The notes beneath the pieces are model-generated. The model searched no databases and was not told where the DNA came from. It saw only the letters and a list, made by a program, of their open reading frames with translations. From assembly GCA_049521795.1 (NCBI GenBank), contig JBEKOM010000001.1:672001-736000 (forward strand): DNA of 64,000 nt. Reading direction: 5' to 3'. A program made the translations under genes and the position numbers. How positions within the stretch are numbered: position 1 is the first letter of the stretch; each line of letters opens with the position of its first letter. Below, piece after piece: positions 46,704 to 55,469 of this stretch. Origin of the DNA: Candidatus Bathyarchaeia archaeon (GTDB taxonomy: Archaea; Thermoproteota; Bathyarchaeia; Bathyarchaeales; Bathycorpusculaceae).

Positions 46704-47432
46704 ATGGATGATATTCAGTCATCGAGAAAGATGAAGCTCAGCGAAGGTAGAATCAAAGCAGTGCTTTTTGACTTGGGAGGCACGTTAATCAATATAGATA
46801 ACAGTAAGGACCCTCACGTAATGAAGAGGATTCTTGGAGACTGCGGAGTCAATCGTTCTTTGGAAGATGTGTCTAGGGAGTGGGTGAAATCTTGGGAACG
46901 ACTGAATTTCCGAGAGATGGCAAAGCTTCTTGATGAGTTTTGGGTTCAACTGGACGCCCGGGTTCTTCGCGACCTCCGGGTTAAATTGAATGTTGAAAAG
47001 CTGGCCAGGTTCATAGCGTCTCACTGGTGGGATTATGCCAAAGTGAGTCTTTACCCAGACGCTCAAGAGCTGCTTCCGCGACTTAAGGAAAAAGGTTTCA
47101 AGATGGGAATCGTAACGAATGGATTACAGAGCGACACAAGCCAGATACTGCCTAAAGTGGGTTTGCAGGGTTTTTTTGATGTCGTGGTTGTGGTTGACAC
47201 TTTGCGGAAGATGAAACCTGATGCAGAGGTTTTCCGTTATGCGTTAGAGAAGATGAATGCGACGGCGCCTGAAGCTGCGTTCGTTGGGGATGAAATGGAA
47301 GCAGACTACAAGGGAGCACAAAGGTGTGGGCTAACGGCGTTTTTGATTGACCGTGAGGGCAAAGTTCAGGATGAGAGCGTGAACAGAATATCCAGTTTAG
47401 AAGACTTACTTGAACCAAGCGACAGAAGGTAG
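46704..47432 (+). CDS. HAD-family hydrolase
   Basis: FDLGGTL, VTNG, KPD, VGD...D. Confidence 0.88.
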   Translation: MDDIQSSRKMKLSEGRIKAVLFDLGGTLINIDNSKDPHVMKRILGDCGVNRSLEDVSREWVKSWERLNFREMAKLLDEFWVQLDARVLRDLRVKLNVEKLARFIASHWWDYAKVSLYPDAQELLPRLKEKGFKMGIVTNGLQSDTSQILPKVGLQGFFDVVVVVDTLRKMKPDAEVFRYALEKMNATAPEAAFVGDEMEADYKGAQRCGLTAFLIDREGKVQDESVNRISSLEDLLEPSDRR

Positions 47433-47522
47433 ACTCTTTCAACAGTTCCACCTGCCTCGACTGTTGGCAGATAAGAATGCATGAAGAGGTCTTTTTCTTC
47501 AAGTGAGCAATTTTTTTGGAGT

Positions 47523-47996
47523 TTAGGACTTTGAATTCCGTCGTCTAGTGTAGTCTTCAGGTTTCGGAAAAGCTTCGTGAACTCTGTCAAAACGTCTTTT
47601 AGTGTCAATTCTATGCTGCAGAGTCACAAAGTCTCTTGACTTGCTGAATGTTTCTGAGCTTCCGTCTGGTCTTTTTCTCGTAATCTTTATGCAGTCATCG
47701 ACTATGCAGTTTAGGACGCAGGCGCCGCAGTATATGCAAAGATTTTCCGTGAGTCCAACTTCTCCCAGCTTCCAAAACAAAGCGTTTGTTGGACAAGCCT
47801 TTATGCAAAGCTTACACTCAACACCCTTGCACGTTCTCTTGTTAATGGTTAACTTTCCTTCGCCAAAGAATTCCTTGATGCCCAGCGGGGCCAGAAGCTC
47901 CTCTCTTCGTTTCCTTTTCTCCTGTTCAGCCGTTTCCGTCAACATTTGAAACATGTCGGCGCTCGAATCTTTGCTGGGCTTGCTTTCCTTTCGCAT
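47523..47996 (-). CDS. 2x[4Fe-4S] ferredoxin-domain protein
   Basis: CKGVECKLCIKACP and CIYCGACVLNC. Confidence 0.8.
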   Translation of the reverse strand: MRKESKPSKDSSADMFQMLTETAEQEKRKRREELLAPLGIKEFFGEGKLTINKRTCKGVECKLCIKACPTNALFWKLGEVGLTENLCIYCGACVLNCIVDDCIKITRKRPDGSSETFSKSRDFVTLQHRIDTKRRFDRVHEAFPKPEDYTRRRNSKS

Positions 47997-48220
47997 TCGT
48001 TTCCTCTTTCGACCAAGTATGGCATTTGAGATGTATAATCATCGTGAATTATAATTACTTATCCCAAATATGCAACCGAGAACCAAAATCAAAGCCGAGA
48101 GGAAAAAAATGTCTCAGAATCAGATTAAACAGTACTTGTCCCAACAAAGGTCTCTAGTTCTTAAGAGGAAGTTTATAACCGACCTTGGTGTTTTCGTCTA
48201 GGTGCTGGTTGGGCTGGAAA

Positions 48221-48400
48221 ATGTGTGAATTCACTGTAATTCTCGACGGAAAAGAAGTGTTCAAAGATGTGGTTTACGCGAAGATGGAAGGCGGCAAGGT
48301 GATCCTCCGGGATGTGCTTGGAGAATCTCTGCAATTTGGCAACTGTAGGATCACAGAAGTTGACGTGACCTCGACGCGGCTGGTACTATCGCGCATCTGA
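48221..48400 (+). CDS. cooT: CooT-family nickel chaperone
   Basis: MCE N-terminus, LRDVLGE, 59 aa, next to the CODH operon. Confidence 0.8.
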   Translation: MCEFTVILDGKEVFKDVVYAKMEGGKVILRDVLGESLQFGNCRITEVDVTSTRLVLSRI

Positions 48401-48494
48401 GTCGACTGTACCGGGAGTCGCATGCTTTGGAATGCGCGTCGTTCTCTCTTGATTTCGAAAATGGAATTGCAGAGAAGTGTGCTGTGTTCTTCAG

Positions 48495-50114
48495 TTACGG
48501 TCTTATCCCACTTTTTTCAATGATTTTCGGGAGGACCCATTCAAAACCGACGGCCATTAAATGAAGCCCTGAAGCACTGGTTGTTCTGCGGATTTCGCCG
48601 ATAAGGTTAGCGAAGGTTTCGATGTTTTCCTCCAGAAACGCTTCCTTGCTCTTTTCTCTTGCCTTTCGGAGCCGTTGCTCTAGGTCAGGTGGGACCTTTA
48701 TTCCTGGCACGAATTTGATCATCCAATCCATCATGGCTTGGGATTTGAAGGGTGCGATTCCAAGCAGGACAGGCGTGTTGAGGTAAGACACTGCTTTCAT
48801 GAAGTTTTCGGCCTGTTCTACGCTGTAGACGCATTGGGTTTGTATGAAATCGACTCCGAGTTTGACCTTTCTTTCGATTTTCAGAATTTCGGGCTCTAAG
48901 GGGTCAGCGTTGGGTGATGCTCCAATACCGATGTTAAATTTGGGCGGTTCTACTATTTTGTTTCCGTTCAGGTCTAAGCCCTCGTCGACCACTTTTCTCA
49001 GCATGTAAACCAATGTTGCCGAGTCTAAGTCAAAGACTGGTTTGGCCTGCGGCATATCGCCGACCGTCGTGTAGTCGCCTGTTATGGCCAAAATGTTCTT
49101 TATTCCCAGAGTACCAGCGGCTAACACGTCAGAAAGCAGCGCTATGCGGTTCCTATCCCTCGTGGTTATCTGAAAAACGGCTTCTACGCACGCTTCTCTT
49201 TGGACCAGATAAGATGAAACAAGCCCGTTGAAAAACCCGAAGGCTGTAGGATTGTCCGTCACGTTGATCGCGGCAACGTGGCCTTTCAAGATCTTCGCGC
49301 TTTCAATGACTTCGTGCAGGTTTGTCGTTTTCATCGGTTCAAGTTCGCCTGTGAATACGTACCTGCCCTCTTTGAGTTGCTTCATCAACTCACCGTAAGC
49401 TTCCCTCGTCACGTTTTTCGCAGGTTCCTCTTTCATCTCTGTCTTCGTCTTTTCTGTAATCGTTTCCATGGCCAGCTGTCGTGGGTGTTCGGAGATTCTG
49501 TAGTCCTTAGGTATCCTGAATTTCTTGAAGAGGTCTAGCTCGTTTCTTTCTGTAAGTCTGTTGTAGATCAGAATCCATGCGCAGTCGTTTTTCCAGCCTC
49601 CTGCCTCGCATTTTCCCTTCACCTGTCCCCCGCATGGTCCGTTGAGAAGACTTTTGGCGCATCGAGTTATTGGACATATGGAGCCTGTTTCGCCTAGGAG
49701 GCATTCTCCGCATCCTCTGCACCTCTCGTGCATCGTTGCGCCGTCGCGATCTTGCGACCCGAGGAAAACCGTGTCTTGGGCAGGATAAACCGGAATGTTC
49801 GGAAAAACTTCTGCTAGGGTTTGCACTCCGACGCCGCATGCCAGAGACAGTACAGCGTCGATGTCCTTGACTTGGGGTGTTAGCGTTGTGTTAACTTCAT
49901 AATTGTCACACTGTTTGCCCATTGTCGTTGGTGTGCACTTGAATTCTTTGTTTTTGAGTTTTCCACCCATTTCTACAAGCATAGTGTAGGTTTTAGCCTC
50001 TCGTAACCCTCTCGGAGGAGTCGTACATCCATCGCAGCCCACGACTAGAATCCTCTTGTAGGGTGCTAGTAGACGCAATATTTCCTCTAGAGCTTTCTCT
50101 TTTGTCACTATCAT
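48495..50114 (-). CDS. metF: MetV-MetF fusion (methylene-tetrahydrofolate reductase)
   Basis: N-terminal MetV motifs (GCDGC, LACGVGVQ, CRGCGEC, CPITRCAKSLLNGPCGG, CAW); C-terminal MetF motifs (NVTDNP, RDRNRIAL, ITGD, DLDS, QTQ). Confidence 0.9.
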   Translation of the reverse strand: MIVTKEKALEEILRLLAPYKRILVVGCDGCTTPPRGLREAKTYTMLVEMGGKLKNKEFKCTPTTMGKQCDNYEVNTTLTPQVKDIDAVLSLACGVGVQTLAEVFPNIPVYPAQDTVFLGSQDRDGATMHERCRGCGECLLGETGSICPITRCAKSLLNGPCGGQVKGKCEAGGWKNDCAWILIYNRLTERNELDLFKKFRIPKDYRISEHPRQLAMETITEKTKTEMKEEPAKNVTREAYGELMKQLKEGRYVFTGELEPMKTTNLHEVIESAKILKGHVAAINVTDNPTAFGFFNGLVSSYLVQREACVEAVFQITTRDRNRIALLSDVLAAGTLGIKNILAITGDYTTVGDMPQAKPVFDLDSATLVYMLRKVVDEGLDLNGNKIVEPPKFNIGIGASPNADPLEPEILKIERKVKLGVDFIQTQCVYSVEQAENFMKAVSYLNTPVLLGIAPFKSQAMMDWMIKFVPGIKVPPDLEQRLRKAREKSKEAFLEENIETFANLIGEIRRTTSASGLHLMAVGFEWVLPKIIEKSGIRP

Positions 50115-51331
50115 TCTTCTACAGCTCCCCTCATTGATGATGAGTCTATCTTTTCCATAAATGACTTAACGTGACCGTCCAGATCTCCGGCGTTCTTCGG
50201 GGATACGAAGCACATTTCAAGTCTTTCTCCAAGGTTGATTTCGGCTAGCAGTTTTTTCAGCGAACCGATTCGTTGCTCAGCTTCCTCGTTTCCCTTTTCC
50301 AGTTTGCACTCGTCCTTTTTGCAGGCTGCTACGAGAACGCCGTCGAAACCCAAATGGAACGCCTCGAGTATGTGCAACGTGTCCACTCTGCCCGCACACG
50401 GAAGACCTTCAAACACAACGTTTTTGGTAGCTGTTTTCCGGGGCAGGTCGAGGTTGGAAAACTCGCTCCATTGACAACCCAAAACTAGGATGACCGGTTT
50501 CTTGTTCTTCTGTCTCATTCTCGGAATCAGCGAGCGATAATTGCGAATCTGCTGGGAGATAGTTTCGTACTCGAAACCGTCCAGCTCGATGGCAAGCGCT
50601 GGACAGACCGCCACACAGGTTCCACAGCCTGAACAACTCTTCAAATCTAGCTGCGGCACTTTCGCGGCTTCCATTTTTATCGCGTCGTATGGGCAGACGT
50701 AGTGGCAGTTTCCACAGCCAATACATCGGTCGCTGTCGATGTGCGCTTTTATTGACCGTTTCGATATAGCCAAAGTGTCTGGCTTAAAACCCAGCTCACT
50801 TAAGAGGCTCTGAACTAGTACAAGTCTGCGCGTGCCGATCATGCTTCCATCCTTGAACCGGCAATATTTATCTTCACAGGGCATTATCGCCAGTTTGTCT
50901 ATTCCTGATGCTAGTGCTTTGAACAAGAATTCTGGTGGCACGCGTCCGACGCACGGCAGAATCAGCGAAACAAAGTTGTCAGAGTGCCGCTTGTCCAACT
51001 CGTCCGCAGTCACTTTCTCAGAGGAACCAGCACCCCGACAAGTCAGAAGTAGCTTATCTGAGCCCGTCTTACGCATGGTTTTCCTAATGTAACCTAGTAG
51101 TGAATCAGCATTGTAATAGATCGTCTCTATCGCAGAAGCTGGGCAAGCGCTGGAACAGATGCCGCAAGCTTGGCACTTTTCGATGTTTAACTTGACTTCG
51201 CCAGGTTTTTCTTCGAACGATATGGCGTCGAAGGGACAGACAGACGGGCAAATCATGCACCTGCCGCAATTGTCATCACTTATTCTTACGCTGGCTTCCA
51301 TCTGCATCTTTTCACTCGGATTTTCGGTCAT
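50111..51331 (-). CDS. tandem (ferredoxin-MvhD)x2 fusion protein
   Basis: Four CxxCxxCxxxCP motifs; two MvhD-like domains (LPCVGRV...C....C..G; GCQWS...LPCAGRV...DGVLVAAC....C...GN). Confidence 0.85.
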   Translation of the reverse strand: MTENPSEKMQMEASVRISDDNCGRCMICPSVCPFDAISFEEKPGEVKLNIEKCQACGICSSACPASAIETIYYNADSLLGYIRKTMRKTGSDKLLLTCRGAGSSEKVTADELDKRHSDNFVSLILPCVGRVPPEFLFKALASGIDKLAIMPCEDKYCRFKDGSMIGTRRLVLVQSLLSELGFKPDTLAISKRSIKAHIDSDRCIGCGNCHYVCPYDAIKMEAAKVPQLDLKSCSGCGTCVAVCPALAIELDGFEYETISQQIRNYRSLIPRMRQKNKKPVILVLGCQWSEFSNLDLPRKTATKNVVFEGLPCAGRVDTLHILEAFHLGFDGVLVAACKKDECKLEKGNEEAEQRIGSLKKLLAEINLGERLEMCFVSPKNAGDLDGHVKSFMEKIDSSSMRGAVEE

Positions 51332-51602
51332 TTCAACCCTCCTAGAACCGACTTTGGCAGGTCAATGATGGTGACAGTTCGGCCGCTCAACCTCGGATCG
51401 TCTCAAGAAGTTTGATACCAGAGTAGGCCTTTACAGATAAATGTTACTCGATGAACTCGAAAAAACTATCAACGTGCAGTGTGAAGTCAGATTGTCAAAA
51501 CAGCTAAGGACTGGCTGTGAATATCTCGAAGAGGAACTAGAGTGTATCATGGAGCGGGAAGGGATGAACGCGGCTGTTGATCAAGCACGCATGAACGGAG
51601 AG

Positions 51603-52397
51603 ATGTTTCCGAGGTTCGTTGACGCACATGTCCATCTCTCAGACAAAGAATATGCAGGATGCATCGACGAAATTATACAGGAAGCTCGAATGGCAAATGT
51701 TGTTGCATTGGTCTCAAATTCTGTTGACATGGAAACTAGCATCAAAAGTCTGGAGTTGGCCGAAAAATATGCTGGCCTGGTCTATGTTGCAGTAGGAATC
51801 CAGCCTGCAAGCGTTGAGCACTTGGCTGAGGAGGAGCTTGAAAGAACGCTGAACTTGATTTCGACGCAAAAGACGAACAAAGCATTGGTTGCCATTGGGG
51901 AGATAGGTTTGGACTCAAATCATATGAGCAGTTGGAATGATCAGCTGAGGGTTTTTGATGAAATGCTGCACTGCGCTGAAAGAATGAGATTGCCTGTCAT
52001 AGTTCATTCAAGGGGTACTGCTGAACTGGTGATAGATAGGCTCTTATCATACAACTTGGTGAGAGTTTTGCTTCATTTTTTCACCGGCCCAGCTGATGCG
52101 TTGTCCAAAGCTATTGAGAATGGCTATTACGTCTCAGAGGGACCTGCGGCTGTGTACTCCGAAGGCATACGTGAAGTCGTGAGAAAAGTCCCGATAACGA
52201 ACCTGCTGACTGAAACCGACGGTCCTGTACGTTTCTACAAACCGCCTTTCAAAGGGAAAAGGACAACGCCCGCTTTTATCCCTGAAGTTGTGAGGGCGAT
52301 CGCAAAAATCAAAGAGACTAGTGCACAGAGTGTTGCCGAGAAGATAGCCGGCAACTTTGAGCAGTTTTTCACGTTGAAACTTAGTGTGCCAAGGTGA
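51603..52397 (+). CDS. tatD: TatD-family nuclease
   Basis: DAHVHL, IGEIGLD, VHSR, LTETDGP; start set at ATG after GGAG. Confidence 0.9.
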   Translation: MFPRFVDAHVHLSDKEYAGCIDEIIQEARMANVVALVSNSVDMETSIKSLELAEKYAGLVYVAVGIQPASVEHLAEEELERTLNLISTQKTNKALVAIGEIGLDSNHMSSWNDQLRVFDEMLHCAERMRLPVIVHSRGTAELVIDRLLSYNLVRVLLHFFTGPADALSKAIENGYYVSEGPAAVYSEGIREVVRKVPITNLLTETDGPVRFYKPPFKGKRTTPAFIPEVVRAIAKIKETSAQSVAEKIAGNFEQFFTLKLSVPR

Positions 52398-52471
52398 GTC
52401 TGTGTTCCCAATGCTAAAGAGGTAACTGGCCAAATTCGGTTTTTCTGAGGTGTATATTGCAATATCGAGCG

Positions 52472-54472
52472 TTAGGTTCTTGTTCGTTTTCTTCTGGTCA
52501 GAATTGTTACAGTTATCGTGCAGGCGATGAGTGCTGCAATCAGAGTAGTTATGAAGGGGAATTCAGGAACGACTGTTACTGGAGACTGTAGGGTAACTGT
52601 GTTGTCGTCTGTGCTGACTTCGTATGGAACCATGCTTGTCGTTGCCTTCAGTGTGTGGTTGCCGAGGAGGACTCCTGTCGTATTCCATACGAAGGTCAGA
52701 ACGCGCGACTCCCCTGTATCTAGAGTCACATTCTGCAGGCCTATCTCGACAGAATCATAATATAGCGTTACGTTGAATGTTTCCGTGTAGTTGCCAGGGT
52801 TAGCTGCTGTCACGTTGACAGATATTTCTTGGTTTTGTTGTATGAGCGTTTCATCTGGCACTATGTTGACCACGGCTACGTCATGGATGGGCATTACGAA
52901 GAAGATTTTCACGTCCGTCGCGTTGCTGTTTCCCAGACTGTCGAAAAAGTATATTCTCCAGGCTATTGCGGCAGAAGCGATCGTCTCGTTGCACCAGGTG
53001 AACTTCGCCGTCACCCAGGTGTTTGAAACTTCTCCGAGATCCTGCGGCTCGGTCAATGGCCATCTGACGTATTCCACTCCTTGCTCTGAAAAACTGCTGT
53101 GAAAGTTGTTATGGCAGAACATGGGCCAAGCGCCAGAGCCTGGGCCTATCTTAAAAGCGTAGAGGCCTCCATCGTTCGTGATGAACACACATCCGTCGCC
53201 GATGCTTGGACTGCCAAAGCCAGTACTGCTCAACGTGTAGGACCAGAGTACGCCGCCGTCAGTCTCGTTTATTGCGTAGAACGTTCCGTTCAGGGCTTGA
53301 CAGTAGATGGCTCCGCCGGCTGATGCTGGGCTGCAGTACATGTAGTTTTGCAGGGTTCCGTTGTGAAGCGGTACAGTCTGCCAAAGTTCAGTTCCTGTTG
53401 CCAGGTCGAAAGCCCACATCGTCCAATCGTTGCTGGGAATGAAAACTTTGCCATCATGAACCAGCGGGGTTCCTGTGCTTCCCTTTGCCTCAAACCATCG
53501 TATAAACTCCCCATTCGTCTCGTTCAGCACGTAAGTTGACCAGACTCCTACAGTTCTGTTGACTTCAACCTGGATAATCATTCCATCGTAGATCACTGGC
53601 GACGTGTCCCACGACGCTCCATAGTCTTGATGCCAGATCAGGTCTCCCGTCGTCGCGTTGAATGCGTACTGACCTGGTGGGTTGTAAACTGAAATGAAGA
53701 CCATGCCGCTGTCATAGGCTACGGAGCCCACGATGTCTCCTATGTCCTGGCGCCACAGCACGTGTCCGTTGGTCTTGTTCAAAGCATAGACTCCGGAGCC
53801 TGTTGTGTAAGATGTGTCGTAGGACGTTGTGTAGTATACGTACTCACCGTTAACCAGAGGCGAGCCAACCCAAGTGTTGTTGTTTGGCTCTACGAAATCC
53901 CAGATCTCTTCTCCGTTGGTCTTGTTGAGTGCCAATGCTCTGGCGAAGGGCGTGGGTTCTCCGTACACTTCCATGCATTCTCCAACGTAAACAACGTCAC
54001 CATCTATGCAGGGAGACCCGTCGCATTGCCTGACGGTAGTGTTCCAGATTATGTCGCCGTTCGTGGCGTTCACTGCGTAGAGTTTGTTGTCTCCTTTAGA
54101 AGGAGCGTAGAGCACGCCGTCCTTGTAAGTCGCTGTGCCGAAGTTGTCAAACCCGAAGACAGCGTTCTGCACCCACAGAAGTGCACTCGTTGTCTCATTT
54201 CTCCAAGTTCCTGTTTCATTCGTTGAAAGAACAGCCTTTTGCAGAGAAGATGTGTCCATGCCGTCTGCTTGCAAGGTGACGTATCCGCCTTGTGGGACTA
54301 TTAGTGCACCTTGCTGCTGTTTTCTCCATTGTGGACTGTTATTCGTGCTCAAGCGTCCCTTGACTAGACCGGCCGCTAGAACAACAACTAGCACGGAAAT
54401 GATGCTGAAAAGTGCTAACAGACATTTGCGCAAACTCGCGCCTTCCCTTAATAGACTTGATTCAACTGCCAA
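52472..54472 (-). CDS. surface glycoprotein: PQQ-type beta-propeller + CARDB-like domain + PEF-CTERM
   Basis: Signal-like N-terminus, repeated A(L/F/V)NxTxG..(I/L)W blades, HDVAV...DDN domain, VPEF-TM-RRKR tail, many NxT sequons. Confidence 0.85.
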   Translation of the reverse strand: MAVESSLLREGASLRKCLLALFSIISVLVVVLAAGLVKGRLSTNNSPQWRKQQQGALIVPQGGYVTLQADGMDTSSLQKAVLSTNETGTWRNETTSALLWVQNAVFGFDNFGTATYKDGVLYAPSKGDNKLYAVNATNGDIIWNTTVRQCDGSPCIDGDVVYVGECMEVYGEPTPFARALALNKTNGEEIWDFVEPNNNTWVGSPLVNGEYVYYTTSYDTSYTTGSGVYALNKTNGHVLWRQDIGDIVGSVAYDSGMVFISVYNPPGQYAFNATTGDLIWHQDYGASWDTSPVIYDGMIIQVEVNRTVGVWSTYVLNETNGEFIRWFEAKGSTGTPLVHDGKVFIPSNDWTMWAFDLATGTELWQTVPLHNGTLQNYMYCSPASAGGAIYCQALNGTFYAINETDGGVLWSYTLSSTGFGSPSIGDGCVFITNDGGLYAFKIGPGSGAWPMFCHNNFHSSFSEQGVEYVRWPLTEPQDLGEVSNTWVTAKFTWCNETIASAAIAWRIYFFDSLGNSNATDVKIFFVMPIHDVAVVNIVPDETLIQQNQEISVNVTAANPGNYTETFNVTLYYDSVEIGLQNVTLDTGESRVLTFVWNTTGVLLGNHTLKATTSMVPYEVSTDDNTVTLQSPVTVVPEFPFITTLIAALIACTITVTILTRRKRTRT

Positions 54473-54572
54473 ACTATTTATTTTTGTCGTTTCTACCCTT
54501 TAGAACTCCTTCTCTCTGTTGAAACATGCTCTCAAGCTTAAGGCCGTGAGCGCACGCCTGCATTTTGTTGGT

Positions 54573-55469
54573 TCAAATGACCACGCCCATGCGGTGAAGT
54601 TCATCTAACAAGCCTGCCTTTGTCTGTTTGAGTCTAAGCCTCTGTTCAGCGTATTCGTCGCCGCTTATCTTGTCAGCTCGAAAGTCCTGGTCGAGTTTTT
54701 CCAATTGTGCATCCATGTCGGTCAGTCTTGATTTGAGCTGGTCAACGTATGAAATGGCTGCGGTCGGTTCTAATGTTTGAGCAGGTGTCAAAGCTGCTTT
54801 TATGGCTCCGTCTTCAATGCGTAGAATCCTGTCTCCTTGCCTAGCAACGTTTGGGTCATGGGTGACCATCACGATGGTCTTGCCCAGCTCTCGGCTTATC
54901 TTCACCAAGTAGTCGACCACTATTTTGACGTTAGTAGTGTCTAATTCTCCTGTTGGCTCGTCGGCTAGGATAACTGGGGCGTCGTTAGCCAGAGCCGCAG
55001 CCATCGTTATGCGTTGCTGTTCTCCGCCGCTTAATTCGTCGGGTTTATGATCCGCTCTCTGTGTTAGGCCAACTATTTCAAGGAGTTCTTGGACGCGCTC
55101 TCTTCGTTTGCTTCTTCCCGCACCTATGGCTATCATCGGCAGCTCAACGTTTTCAGCAGCTGTCAGCGTGGGAATCAGGTTGAGAGTTTGGAAGATGTGT
55201 CCCACAGTTTTTCTTCGATAATCAACGAGTTGAGAGGTCGAGAGGGCCGTTACTTGCGTGTCACCTACGACTATGGAGCCTGCGGTTGCGGCGTCTAGTC
55301 CTCCTATTATGTTCAGGAGAGTGGTCTTTCCGCTCCCACTGGGTCCGATGATTGAGACCACTTCGCCCTCTTTCACCGACATGCTCAGTCCACGCAGGGC
55401 TTGAACTTCCACTTTGCCCAAACGATACACCTTGATCAGGTCTTTCACGATTATTTCTGCGCTTTTCAA
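54573..55469 (-). CDS. MacB/LolD-type ABC ATPase with C-terminal helical extension
   Basis: [30 protein letters not shown]. Confidence 0.92.
   Translation of the reverse strand: MKSAEIIVKDLIKVYRLGKVEVQALRGLSMSVKEGEVVSIIGPSGSGKTTLLNIIGGLDAATAGSIVVGDTQVTALSTSQLVDYRRKTVGHIFQTLNLIPTLTAAENVELPMIAIGAGRSKRRERVQELLEIVGLTQRADHKPDELSGGEQQRITMAAALANDAPVILADEPTGELDTTNVKIVVDYLVKISRELGKTIVMVTHDPNVARQGDRILRIEDGAIKAALTPAQTLEPTAAISYVDQLKSRLTDMDAQLEKLDQDFRADKISGDEYAEQRLRLKQTKAGLLDELHRMGVVI

Noticed and set aside
1-51331. Methanogenesis
   Set aside because: Hdr/Mvh/Cdh also occur in non-methanogens; no mcr or mtr in the window
30734-51602. Long N-terminal extensions in the ORF track for MBL (30734), Mrp (32717), CooT (48185) and TatD (51441)
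   Set aside because: Family homology and SD positions point to downstream starts
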